Origin: Candidatus Ornithomonoglobus sp.
GTDB lineage: Bacteria > Bacillota > Clostridia > UBA1381
NCBI GenBank assembly: GCA_045596105.1
Contig: JAZOBR010000032.1
Location: 1-32,526 of the forward strand
DNA: 32,526 nucleotides
Direction: 5' to 3'
The notes under the pieces are model-generated. The model saw nothing but the letters and a program-made list of their open reading frames with translations, searched no databases and was not told where the DNA came from. Below, in pieces: positions 9,756 through 17,374 of the stretch (the stretch's first letter is position 1; each line of letters begins with the position of its first letter). The translations under genes and the position numbers were made by a program.

Positions 9756-9894
9756 ACTTCGTTTGCTCGATATTTTTACTTCGTAAAATCGATATGTTCT
9801 CGATTCGCTCAAACTCGATATGCTATAAATCTCGTTGCCGTAAGGCAACATATCGAATGCGTCATCACATATCGAGTCATTTATGACATATCGA
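9756..9894. repeat. Array of six TCGATAT/ATATCGA heptamers (3 + 3, inverted) around a central GTTGCC-GTAA-GGCAAC hairpin
   Basis: TCGATAT occurs at 9767, 9789 and 9815, and ATATCGA at 9850, 9869 and 9888. The right-hand copies are ACATATCGA with an exact 19-bp period. The left arm has two 18-mers, ACTTCGT-N4-TCGATAT, at 9756 and 9778. The hairpin is at 9834-9849. Confidence 0.8.
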
Positions 9895-9921
9895 AAATCG
9901 CGCAAGAGATTTATATCAATG

Positions 9922-9953
9922 AAAAAGCGACTTGTCGAAACAAGTCGCTTTTT
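9922..9953 (-). terminator. Rho-independent terminator after tRNA-Lys (palindromic, could act in both directions)
   Basis: The stem-loop GCGACTTG-TCGAAA-CAAGTCGC is flanked by A5 and T5 runs, directly 3' of the tRNA CCA end. Confidence 0.75.
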
Positions 9954-9954
9954 C

Positions 9955-10030
9955 TGGTACGCGATCAGGGGCTCGAACCCTGGACACCCTGATTAAGAGT
10001 CAGGTGCTCTACCAACTGAGCTAATCACGC
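9955..10030 (-). tRNA. tRNA-Lys (anticodon CTT), CCA encoded
   Basis: The reverse complement folds by hand into a 76-nt cloverleaf: acceptor GCGTGAT/ATCGCGT, D-arm GCTC/GAGC, anticodon stem CCTGA/TCAGG with loop CTCTTAA, T-arm CAGGG-TTCGAGC-CCCTG, then ACCA. Confidence 0.92.
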
Positions 10031-10053
10031 ATAATATTCTCAACACAAGCTAT

Positions 10054-10082
10054 ATAATACCACAAATATTTGCCTTTGTCAA
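10054..10082 (-). promoter_or_regulatory. Strong sigma-A promoter for tRNA-Lys with an A-tract UP element
   Basis: The minus strand reads AAAAAATAAAAAAAAGTG-TTGACA-17 nt-TATTAT with an extended TGg. The -10 lies ~23 nt upstream of the mature tRNA 5' end. Confidence 0.65.
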
Positions 10083-10149
10083 CACTTTTTTTTATTTTTT
10101 TTCCTTTTGTTTGTTTTATACAATTTCAACCCCTTTCTCCCCATCTCTC

Positions 10150-10178
10150 TTGACAAAATCGCAAATTTAAGGTATCAT
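10150..10178 (+). promoter_or_regulatory. Putative sigma-A promoter for the C69 dipeptidase gene
   Basis: TTGACA (10150-10155), a 17-nt spacer, then TATCAT (10173-10178). Confidence 0.55.
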
Positions 10179-10218
10179 TTTACTATACTATTATGTCTCG
10201 AAAGGTCTGTTCTTATTA

Positions 10219-11757
10219 ATGCTTAAAATTAAATTTTTGAAAATTTGTATCGCAATCGCGGCTTTGTTTATATTATCTTACGCATCTGCCTACGCCTGCA
10301 CAGGCTTCTACGTTGGTCGCGATGTGTCACAAGACGGCTCTACTATTATTGCCCGCACAGAGGATATGACAAGCTACAATTCAAAACGCTTCGTTATCCA
10401 TCCCGCAAAAGACCACCCCGAAGGCTCAATGTTTACCGATGCCCATGGATTATCCTTCCCCATGCCCGCAAGCACGCTACGCTACAGTGCGTTGCCAGGC
10501 TCAAAGCATCGCGGAATCGGTAAGGATCCCTTCGGTGCGGCAGGCTTTAACGAGCTTGGAGTTTCCGCAACCTCAACCGTTACGGGCTATCCCTCGGAAA
10601 AGGCTATCACGGCTGACCCCTTCGTAGACACAGGTCTTCACGAGTTGTCCGCAAACGACATAATTCTCCAGGAGGCAACCTCTGCACGCCACGGTGTTGA
10701 GATAATCGCAAATATTGTCAATAACTACGGCTCAGGTGAGGGTAATATTATTATGATTGCTGACCAAAACGAGGCTTGGTATATGGAAATATATACAGGA
10801 CATCAGTATGCGGCAATTAAGCTCCCCACAGACCGAGCGGCGGTTATTCCCAATGCATTTATGCTTGGGGAAATCGACATCGACTCTCCCGACGTTATCG
10901 TGTCAAAGGACCTTGTAGCCCTTGCTGAGGATAATCGTTTCCTCAACGAGACAAACGGCAAAATTAATCTGCGCAAAACCTATGCAGAGCCTGAAAAGGA
11001 CTCCAACACCCTGCGTATATGGGAAGGCAAAAGACTTCTTCACGGTGAAGTACCTTCCGATGCGTACAAGACCGAATATGAGTTGCTTTTCAAACCCACA
11101 AAGAAGATTTCACAAAAGGATATTATGAACGCAACACGCTCAAGGCTTGAAAAGTCAAAATACCACATTGATATTCCCGGCAACAAGTATCTGCGTTCAA
11201 TCAGCACCTCCCGACAGGAGGAGTGCCACATCCTTGTTACCCGACACAATATGCCCATTGAGGCGGCCTGCGTTATGTGGCTTACCCTGAGCAACGCTGA
11301 ATTTACACCCTATGTGCCATACTACCCCGTTGCTATGACCGAATCCCCCGAGGTTTGCCGAGTGGATTATGACGGGTTTAACGAGCTATCAATGTATTGG
11401 CAATCACGCGCCTTAAACACACTGTCGGCACAAAATCGTACTCTTTACGGCAATACTGTGAAGGCGTTTATGTCACAATACGAGGACATGCTCATTAAGT
11501 ATCTTTCAAAGAGTGATATGGAAATGACTGCCTCACAAATTCCCTCATCCACTGCCAACAGGCTTGCACGGGAGCGTGCCTACGATGCCTACGCGAAAAT
11601 CCGAGGGGCATATACACAGCTCGTAGAGTTTATTGCACGCTATGAGGGTGAGGACGAGATCCCCGACAACAGCTTCAAGTTCGAGCTTGACCTGGAGCCT
11701 ACGGTTGACGAAATTCCCGCCTTTGCCATTTCACCCATAGCCATAATTACAAACTGA
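10219..11757 (+). CDS. Secreted peptidase family C69 dipeptidase (Ntn-hydrolase type)
   Basis: A signal peptide ends in AYA followed by CTGFYVG, the mature N-terminal Cys nucleophile context of C69 dipeptidases. The 512-aa length is typical. Confidence 0.85.
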   Translation: MLKIKFLKICIAIAALFILSYASAYACTGFYVGRDVSQDGSTIIARTEDMTSYNSKRFVIHPAKDHPEGSMFTDAHGLSFPMPASTLRYSALPGSKHRGIGKDPFGAAGFNELGVSATSTVTGYPSEKAITADPFVDTGLHELSANDIILQEATSARHGVEIIANIVNNYGSGEGNIIMIADQNEAWYMEIYTGHQYAAIKLPTDRAAVIPNAFMLGEIDIDSPDVIVSKDLVALAEDNRFLNETNGKINLRKTYAEPEKDSNTLRIWEGKRLLHGEVPSDAYKTEYELLFKPTKKISQKDIMNATRSRLEKSKYHIDIPGNKYLRSISTSRQEECHILVTRHNMPIEAACVMWLTLSNAEFTPYVPYYPVAMTESPEVCRVDYDGFNELSMYWQSRALNTLSAQNRTLYGNTVKAFMSQYEDMLIKYLSKSDMEMTASQIPSSTANRLARERAYDAYAKIRGAYTQLVEFIARYEGEDEIPDNSFKFELDLEPTVDEIPAFAISPIAIITN

Positions 11758-11760
11758 CAA

Positions 11761-11786
11761 AAAGCACCCATCGGGTGCTTTTTTGT
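11761..11786 (+). terminator. Rho-independent terminator
   Basis: AGCACCC-ATC-GGGTGCT is followed by TTTTTT, 4 nt after the stop codon. Confidence 0.75.
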
Positions 11787-11815
11787 TGACACTTTTACAG
11801 GATTTTTGGTATAAT
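11786..11815 (+). promoter_or_regulatory. Putative sigma-A promoter for the patatin-like gene
   Basis: TTGACA (11786-11791), an 18-nt spacer, then TATAAT (11810-11815) with an extended TGg. Confidence 0.5.
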
Positions 11816-11880
11816 AATATAGAGAATTAGTTTTAATAATATTTTGAATATATAGCTTTATTAATAAAGGAGGATGTATT

Positions 11881-12924
11881 GTGAAATATGCATTGGCACT
11901 TGGCGGTGGCGGTACACGCGGTGCTTTTGAAGTGGGCGTGTGGCAGGCGCTAAAGGATTTGGGTATACGGGTATCTGCAATCGCAGGCACCTCCATCGGC
12001 GCGGTAAACGGCGCTATTTTTGCCTCAGGGTGTGATGGTGAGGAGCTTTGGAAATCCATTAAGGCACAGGATGTGGTGGATATTAAATCCGATAATATGT
12101 TCTCCCTCGACTCCCTGATTTCCGTTGCAAAAAAGGTGTCCGAAGGCGGGGTGGATACCTCTGCATTTTTGAAGCTTTTAGAAAAAGTCATTGATGAGGA
12201 TGCTGTGCGTAATTCAGGTATCCTTTACGGTCTTTGTACCTTCCGCACCGACACAAAAGAAAGTCTGGAGCTTTTTATCAACCAGATTCCCAAGGGTGAG
12301 CTTGTGCAGTACATTATGGCAAGTGCGTCCTTCCCTCTGTTTAAGCCAACGAAAATCAACGGTACAGAGTATTCCGATGGTGCATGGAGAAATAACCTGC
12401 CAATTAATATGCTCATTGACCGAGGCTACGATACGATTATATCTGTGTCCGTCAAGGGTCCGGGTGTTATACGCCCCATTGACCAATCGGGCGTGAATGT
12501 AATTAACATACACTGCCGCACTCCCGAGGTAGGCGTAATGGATTTCGACCCCAAATCAATCTCCGAGAGTATCAAAAACGGCTACTACGAGTGTATGCGA
12601 GTGTTTGGCAGGTACGAGGGTGACAAGTATTCCGTCACTCCCGAAACCTACAACCATGCCCGCATGGTTTTCGGTCCGCAAATCGTCACAGGTATTTTAG
12701 AGGCGGCAGAGATTTGCAAGCTTGACCCATACCGCGTATATGATTTTGACGAGCTTTGTCACGCCGTATTTGAAGGTGCTAAGAATAACACAAAGCTCAA
12801 GCTTATGATAGTTGCAATGGAGAGTGAAATCCCCGGCAAAAGCATCCTTGACTCCCTCGGAAAAACCTTCCGTGCTGCAAATTCCATTGTTTATCTTAAA
12901 AAACATCTTGAAGGTAATTTCTGA
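11881..12924 (+). CDS. Patatin-like phospholipase family protein
   Basis: The oxyanion motif GGGGTRG, the nucleophile elbow GTSIG (GxSxG) and the catalytic Asp motif SDGAWRNN (DGA) are all present. The GTG start at 11881 is 7 nt after an AAGGAGG SD. Confidence 0.85.
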   Translation: MKYALALGGGGTRGAFEVGVWQALKDLGIRVSAIAGTSIGAVNGAIFASGCDGEELWKSIKAQDVVDIKSDNMFSLDSLISVAKKVSEGGVDTSAFLKLLEKVIDEDAVRNSGILYGLCTFRTDTKESLELFINQIPKGELVQYIMASASFPLFKPTKINGTEYSDGAWRNNLPINMLIDRGYDTIISVSVKGPGVIRPIDQSGVNVINIHCRTPEVGVMDFDPKSISESIKNGYYECMRVFGRYEGDKYSVTPETYNHARMVFGPQIVTGILEAAEICKLDPYRVYDFDELCHAVFEGAKNNTKLKLMIVAMESEIPGKSILDSLGKTFRAANSIVYLKKHLEGNF

Positions 12925-12958
12925 CACGAAAGTTTTAGCTAAAATTCGACAAAAAGAC

Positions 12959-12987
12959 TTGTATTTTACCTTAATCCATTATATAAT
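12959..12987 (+). promoter_or_regulatory. Putative sigma-A promoter for the HlyD-like/ylmE/sepF/ylmH/divIVA string
   Basis: TTGTAT (12959-12964), a 17-nt spacer, then TATAAT (12982-12987). Confidence 0.45.
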
Positions 12988-13023
12988 ATAATTATATAAA
13001 TATATTCAAAAAAGGAATTTACA

Positions 13024-14217
13024 ATGAAAAAGTTTTTATATATCGTTATTGCTCTTGTAATACTTGCAATTGCAGGCTACGGCATTGCCTATATTGCAAT
13101 TCCCGTAACCTCAGTAGAGCTTAATGAATACACCCACACCATTGATATGGTGTGTGACGATGCCTATATCGTCCGCGATGAAACTGTGTACTACGCCACC
13201 TCCGACGGCTTGGTTTATAACATCGTTACCGATGGTGACAGAGTATCGGAAAATCTCGCAATCGCAACCATTTATAATGGTGATGTTTCCTACGATATTC
13301 TTAAACAGCTTCGCACAATCGATTCAAAAATCAATACCCTTAAAACAAAAAGCTCAGGCGATGAGCTGTATAAGACCGCACAGACGGCAACGGAAAACGA
13401 GATTGCCCTCAGGCTTGATGACGTGATTGAGCTTACACGAGACAATGATGTCAGTGAAATCCACGACATCCATCGTTACATCAACGGTCTTCGCGGCGGT
13501 ACGCCCGAGACTGTTTCCTCAAGGATAAACGCACTTCAAATCAGCAGAATTAATGTTGAATCCAACATATCTGCAGCTAAGAAGGATACAATTGCAGACC
13601 GGGCAGGAATTTTCTCCTCGTATATCGACGGTCTTGAGTCGGTGCTTACTCCCGAAAGAATAAAGGAGTACACCCCCGAGTATATCCGTTCACTTACATC
13701 AAACGATAATAACTATACCAACGGCACACAAGTTATTACAGGTGACCCCATCTGTAAGGTTATGAACAACCATAACTGGTATGTCCTTGGCATAGCCAAC
13801 GAGGCACAAGCCGAAAAGCTTAAGGCTTCACCCAATGTCAAGGTCCGCTTCACAAACCTTTCAGGCTCCGAGGTCAAGGCAACCCTCGTTTCTCAGACAG
13901 AGCCTGACGAGAACGGTGAATGCCTGTTCCTGCTGAGAGTACAGACTTATCTGGAGAGTGCATTCTCCTACAGAAACATTGATGTTCAGATTGTCTTTGA
14001 CGAGTTTACGGGCTACAAAGTCCCCACCGATGCCATCCATACAGGTGATGCCATCAATAAATACTACGTAACCGCACGCAAGGGCTCGGCCCATTTCCCC
14101 TGTGATGTGGAAATTATGTACACCGATATGGACGAGGGCTATTCCATCATTGAGTCAACACCCGATGCACAGAATAATCTTTCGGTTATGGACAGACTTG
14201 TTGTCGGTGAGCGATAA
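13024..14217 (+). CDS. Membrane-anchored HlyD/membrane-fusion-protein-like protein (orphan, no transporter partner)
   Basis: An N-terminal TM (IVIALVILAIAGYGIAYIAI) is followed by a lipoyl-like segment (DGDRVSENLAIATIY) and a central helical region. The second half-barrel (ADRAGIFSSYIDGLE, GDPICKV..NHNWYV) fits the periplasmic adaptor architecture. This is assigned by pattern only. Confidence 0.5.
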   Translation: MKKFLYIVIALVILAIAGYGIAYIAIPVTSVELNEYTHTIDMVCDDAYIVRDETVYYATSDGLVYNIVTDGDRVSENLAIATIYNGDVSYDILKQLRTIDSKINTLKTKSSGDELYKTAQTATENEIALRLDDVIELTRDNDVSEIHDIHRYINGLRGGTPETVSSRINALQISRINVESNISAAKKDTIADRAGIFSSYIDGLESVLTPERIKEYTPEYIRSLTSNDNNYTNGTQVITGDPICKVMNNHNWYVLGIANEAQAEKLKASPNVKVRFTNLSGSEVKATLVSQTEPDENGECLFLLRVQTYLESAFSYRNIDVQIVFDEFTGYKVPTDAIHTGDAINKYYVTARKGSAHFPCDVEIMYTDMDEGYSIIESTPDAQNNLSVMDRLVVGER

Positions 14218-14229
14218 GGAGCAGATAGT

Positions 14230-14916
14230 ATGACAATTAAGGATAGATTAGATGCGGTCGAGGCAAGGATTTCCGCCGCCATAGAGAGAAGTGGCAGAAA
14301 GCGTGATGAGGTGAGCCTCATTGCTGTCACAAAGACATATCCCGTTGAGGATATGAACGAGGCAATTGCCCTCGGTGTCACCCATGTTGGTGAAAACAAA
14401 GCACAGGAGGTGCGGGATAAGTTTGACAGGGTTTCTCCTGTTAACTGGCACCTTATCGGACACCTACAGTCTAACAAGGTCAAGTATGTTATTGACCGAT
14501 GCTCACTAATCCATAGCGTGGACTCCATAAAGCTTATGGACGAAATTGAGCGTCAGGCAAAGGCTCATAACAAAACTATGGATATACTTATTCAGGTGAA
14601 TATTTCAGGTGAGGAGAGTAAGTCGGGTGTTGCACCCGAAGAGCTTCCCGAGCTTTTAAGGTATGCAGAGGGGCTTAGCTACACTCATATCAAGGGACTT
14701 ATGACTATGGCACCCCAGACCGACGAGGCAGAAGTCAGAATGCACTTTACCAATATGAAAAAGCTCTTTGACCAGACGCGAGAGACATCATACAAGAATG
14801 TGGAAATGAAGGAGCTTTCCATGGGTATGAGCGCTGATTTTGAAATTGCCATCGAGTGTGGTGCTACTATGGTCAGAATAGGCAGCCTTATATTTGGACC
14901 AAGAAACTATAAATAA
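14230..14916 (+). CDS. ylmE: YggS/YlmE-family pyridoxal-phosphate homeostasis protein
   Basis: It has the VSLIAVTKT PLP-lysine context, a 228-aa length and an alanine-racemase N-terminal-like fold pattern. The AAGGAG SD is 8 nt upstream. It occupies the conserved position before sepF. Confidence 0.88.
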   Translation: MTIKDRLDAVEARISAAIERSGRKRDEVSLIAVTKTYPVEDMNEAIALGVTHVGENKAQEVRDKFDRVSPVNWHLIGHLQSNKVKYVIDRCSLIHSVDSIKLMDEIERQAKAHNKTMDILIQVNISGEESKSGVAPEELPELLRYAEGLSYTHIKGLMTMAPQTDEAEVRMHFTNMKKLFDQTRETSYKNVEMKELSMGMSADFEIAIECGATMVRIGSLIFGPRNYK

Positions 14917-14933
14917 AGAAAGGATGTTTTACT

Positions 14934-15473
14934 ATGTCATTTTTTGATAACGCAAGACGTGCATTTTCAAACAGAATTGACGAGTTTTATGATGATGACC
15001 GCGAGGATTACGAGGACTACGAGAATGAATACGAGGAAACACCCAGAAAGCCCCTATTCTCATTTTTCAAGAGAGATGAGGACGAATATGAGGAGGAGAG
15101 ACCCGTAAGAAGGACTCCTGTGTCCCACGAAAGATATACAACAAGCTACGAGACACACGAATCCTACGATAGCTATCGTGCACCACGTCCCAAGCTTCCC
15201 AACCCACAGGATGTGAAGCTTGACGGCGCAGAGATTGCCGTATACTACCCCGATGGCCTGAGAGATTCAGCACAAATCATTCGTGCCGTAAAGGCAAACA
15301 GAATCACAGTGTTTGATATTTCAACCATCACCTCAGACGAGGAAGCACGCAGAATTGTTGATTACATAGGCGGTGCAGCAGAGGGTATGGATTGCGAGTT
15401 CAAGCGTCTTTGCCCCAGCGTTTTCTGTATCGCACCCAAGGGCGTACGCTTTGATATTAAGAAGAAGGCATAA
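14934..15473 (+). CDS. sepF: Cell division protein SepF
   Basis: An N-terminal amphipathic FF motif and an acidic linker are followed by the conserved C-terminal SepF domain (IAVYYPDGLRDSAQIIRAVKANRITVFDI...RRIVDYIGGAAEGMDCEFKRL). Confidence 0.88.
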   Translation: MSFFDNARRAFSNRIDEFYDDDREDYEDYENEYEETPRKPLFSFFKRDEDEYEEERPVRRTPVSHERYTTSYETHESYDSYRAPRPKLPNPQDVKLDGAEIAVYYPDGLRDSAQIIRAVKANRITVFDISTITSDEEARRIVDYIGGAAEGMDCEFKRLCPSVFCIAPKGVRFDIKKKA

Positions 15474-16225
15474 TGAACGCTCAGGAAAAGCTTTTAATTT
15501 CTAAAATTGAGGACTTGTTTTCTCTCTGTGACAAGTACGCAGAGCCACGCTTCTCAGGTTTTCTCGACGGTGCCGAGCAGGTAACCATTGCCGACGAGGT
15601 CCTGTTCCCCTACGGCTATGGAGTTATGTTCTGCGGCGGCTTCCCTGATGCAGAGAAGAAAATTATGGGTGTGTTCCCCGAATGGCAGGAGCCGAATAGT
15701 GATGACTTCCCTATTGAATGTATTAAAATTGCGGGAGGCTTTACAAGAAAGCTCACCCATCGTGACTATCTAGGCACAATAATGAGCCTCGGGCTTACAC
15801 CTCAGAAGCTTGGTGACATTATCGTGGGCGACGGCTTTGCTCACGTATTCGTCCACAGAGATATGAAGGACTTTATAAAGGATAATCTGCATAAGATTGG
15901 TAATCAGGGTGTCACGGTGGAGGAGGTACCCATTACCGATGCCATAATGGTAGAGCGACAGTACCGCACCTTTGGTACGGTCTGTGCATCCCCAAGGCTT
16001 GATGCGGTTGTATCAGCGGCTACCAACACCTCACGCTCCGTTGCCGCAGGGCTTATTGGCAGCGGTAAAGTGAAGCTTAACCATCGTCAGATGGAGTCCG
16101 CCTCTCAGCCTGTCAAGGAAGGAGACTTGCTTTCGGTGCGAGGCTATGGCAGATTCTTAGTACACTCCTTTGACGGAGAAACCCGAAAGCAAAGGTTACA
16201 TATAACCTTAAAGCAATACATTTAA
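15473..16225 (+). CDS. ylmH: YlmH-family RNA-binding protein (S4 domain)
   Basis: The start overlaps the sepF stop (TAATG). A C-terminal S4-like segment is present (RLDAVVSAATNTSRSVAAGLIGSGKVKLNH). It holds the conserved position between sepF and divIVA. Confidence 0.8.
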   Translation: MNAQEKLLISKIEDLFSLCDKYAEPRFSGFLDGAEQVTIADEVLFPYGYGVMFCGGFPDAEKKIMGVFPEWQEPNSDDFPIECIKIAGGFTRKLTHRDYLGTIMSLGLTPQKLGDIIVGDGFAHVFVHRDMKDFIKDNLHKIGNQGVTVEEVPITDAIMVERQYRTFGTVCASPRLDAVVSAATNTSRSVAAGLIGSGKVKLNHRQMESASQPVKEGDLLSVRGYGRFLVHSFDGETRKQRLHITLKQYI

Positions 16226-16243
16226 CGGAAGGAACTGATGCAT

Positions 16244-16681
16244 ATGTTAAGACCCATTGATATTCAGAACAAGGAGTTTGAGAAGAAAATTAAGGGTTAT
16301 GATTGCGATGCGGTTGACGATTTCCTTGATGTGATAATCGAGGACTACGATGCCCTGTGCAAGGAGAACCAGGCATTGGCCGAAAAGGTAGAAATGCTTA
16401 CTCAGACTGTTGCACATTATAAGGATATGGACGAGGCAATGCAACGTTCTTTGGAGGTTGCACAGCAATCAGCTCAGGACATCAAAAACAACGCACAGAT
16501 TGAGGCTGAGGCAATTATAAATCGCGCAAAGCTTGATGCAACACGTCTTGCAAGACAGATTGATGACGAACACATTAAAAAGCATCAGGAGATGCTACGG
16601 GTTAAGCAGGAGGTCGAGACCTACCGCGCTCGCATACGCACAGTATGTGAAAACCTTGTAAAGGCTCTTGATGAAATATAA
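16244..16681 (+). CDS. divIVA: DivIVA domain protein
   Basis: MLRPIDIQNKEFEKKIKGYDCDAVDDFLD is the canonical DivIVA N-terminal lipid-binding domain, followed by a coiled coil. The ATG at 16244 has 9-nt spacing from GGAAGGAA, whereas the ATG at 16238 has only 3 nt. Confidence 0.85.
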   Translation: MLRPIDIQNKEFEKKIKGYDCDAVDDFLDVIIEDYDALCKENQALAEKVEMLTQTVAHYKDMDEAMQRSLEVAQQSAQDIKNNAQIEAEAIINRAKLDATRLARQIDDEHIKKHQEMLRVKQEVETYRARIRTVCENLVKALDEI

Positions 16682-16700
16682 ACAAAGGAGGAAATTTTTA

Positions 16701-17117
16701 ATGTTCAAGGAGTTTAAGGAGTTTGCATTTAAGGGCAACGTAGTGGATATGGCGGTCGGCGTTATCATCGGCGGTGCATTTTCAACCATAGTAACATCTC
16801 TTGTAAATGATGTAATTATGCCTATTTTTGGTCACCTCACCGCAGGGATGGATTTCAAGAGTATGAAATATGTGCTTTCGGAGGCAGTTATGGACGGCAC
16901 AACCGTGGTTAAGCCCGAGGCGGCAATCGGTTACGGCTCATTTATTCAGAACGTTATTAACTTCCTGTTGATTGCTTTTACACTATTCTTTGTAATGAAG
17001 GCAATCACAAAGGCAATGCGTCGAAGCAAGGAAGATGCTGCACCCCCTGCTCCCCAAGGTCCTACAGAGCAAGAATTGCTTGCGGAAATCCGCGATTTAT
17101 TAAAGGATAAAAATTGA
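16701..17117 (+). CDS. mscL: Large-conductance mechanosensitive channel MscL
   Basis: MFKEFKEFAFKGNVVDMAVGVIIGGAF is the MscL N-terminus and TM1 signature. The AAAGGAGG SD lies 9 nt upstream. The longer ORF from 16668 overlaps divIVA and lacks an SD. Confidence 0.9.
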   Translation: MFKEFKEFAFKGNVVDMAVGVIIGGAFSTIVTSLVNDVIMPIFGHLTAGMDFKSMKYVLSEAVMDGTTVVKPEAAIGYGSFIQNVINFLLIAFTLFFVMKAITKAMRRSKEDAAPPAPQGPTEQELLAEIRDLLKDKN

Positions 17118-17121
17118 TACA

Positions 17122-17215
17122 TAAAAAAAGATGTGAAGTTTGAACCGACCTCCCAATCGTTAGATTTTTGGTCTAACTTTTGGGGGGGCGGTTCAAACTT
17201 CACATCTCTTTTTTT
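17122..17215. terminator. Unusually long compound hairpin flanked by A7/T7 runs (bidirectional terminator candidate)
   Basis: A 19-bp perfect outer stem (17129-17147 with 17189-17207) encloses an inner CCTCCCA/TGGGGGG stem (17149-17155 with 17181-17187). Innermost is GTTAGA/TCTAAC (17159-17164 with 17172-17177) around the loop TTTTTGG. Confidence 0.7.
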
Positions 17216-17357
17216 ATATATCTTCTATATTTGCATTGATTTCTTTAGCAATTGAAACCAATGTTATTTCCCCATCCACCAACATTTCACATATTTCTTC
17301 GTTATTATTGTCTGCTGATTCGTGCAAAGAACTCACCCCAATGCACAGCTTCCTCAT
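17214..17357 (-). other. Candidate small ORF (47 aa) or non-coding transcript body
   Basis: The ORF runs from the ATG at 17357 to the TAA at 17214-17216 and encodes MRKLCIGVSSLHESADNNNEEICEMLVDGEITLVSIAKEINANIEDI. It has no Shine-Dalgarno. It lies between a near-consensus promoter and the long hairpin. Coding status is unproven. Confidence 0.2.
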
Positions 17358-17374
17358 ATATTCGGGATATATAC

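Noticed and set aside
9597-9992. ORFs of 102 aa (minus, 9597-9905) and 111 aa (plus, 9657-9992) covering the unassigned region next to tRNA-Lys
   Set aside because: Neither has a ribosome-binding site. Their composition is odd and dictated by the repeats (runs of Y/I/S/F), and no motif is recognisable. The plus-strand ORF runs through the terminator into the tRNA gene. I treat them as artefacts of the repeat array.
9955-10030. tRNA-Lys as the boundary of an integrated island
   Set aside because: There is no integrase, recombinase or phage/ICE gene on either side. I spotted no second copy of the tRNA 3' end as a direct repeat. The flanking genes are ordinary housekeeping genes with similar composition. 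Only the heptamer array, reported separately, remains unexplained.
10031-10218. The divergent strand-switch region as a possible replication origin
   Set aside because: I saw no DnaA-box-like 9-mers (TTATCCACA or its complement) and no dnaA or dnaN nearby. The AT-rich tract is explained as an UP element plus two back-to-back promoters.
11640-12191. 183-aa minus-strand ORF spanning the C69/patatin intergenic region, plus other long antisense ORFs (e.g. 4914-5396, 23110-23532, 26842-27180, 30826-31266)
   Set aside because: All lie antisense to strongly supported genes with clear catalytic motifs. They have low-complexity Ser/Pro/Arg-rich translations typical of antisense frames and lack SD sequences. 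The 183-aa ORF also crosses a terminator and a promoter.
11881-12924. Patatin-like phospholipase as a defence effector (CBASS CapV-like) or as part of a system with the neighbouring C69 peptidase
   Set aside because: No cyclase/nucleotidyltransferase, sensor or other defence partner is adjacent. The peptidase and the lipase each have their own promoter, and a terminator lies between them. The gene looks like a stand-alone lipid hydrolase.
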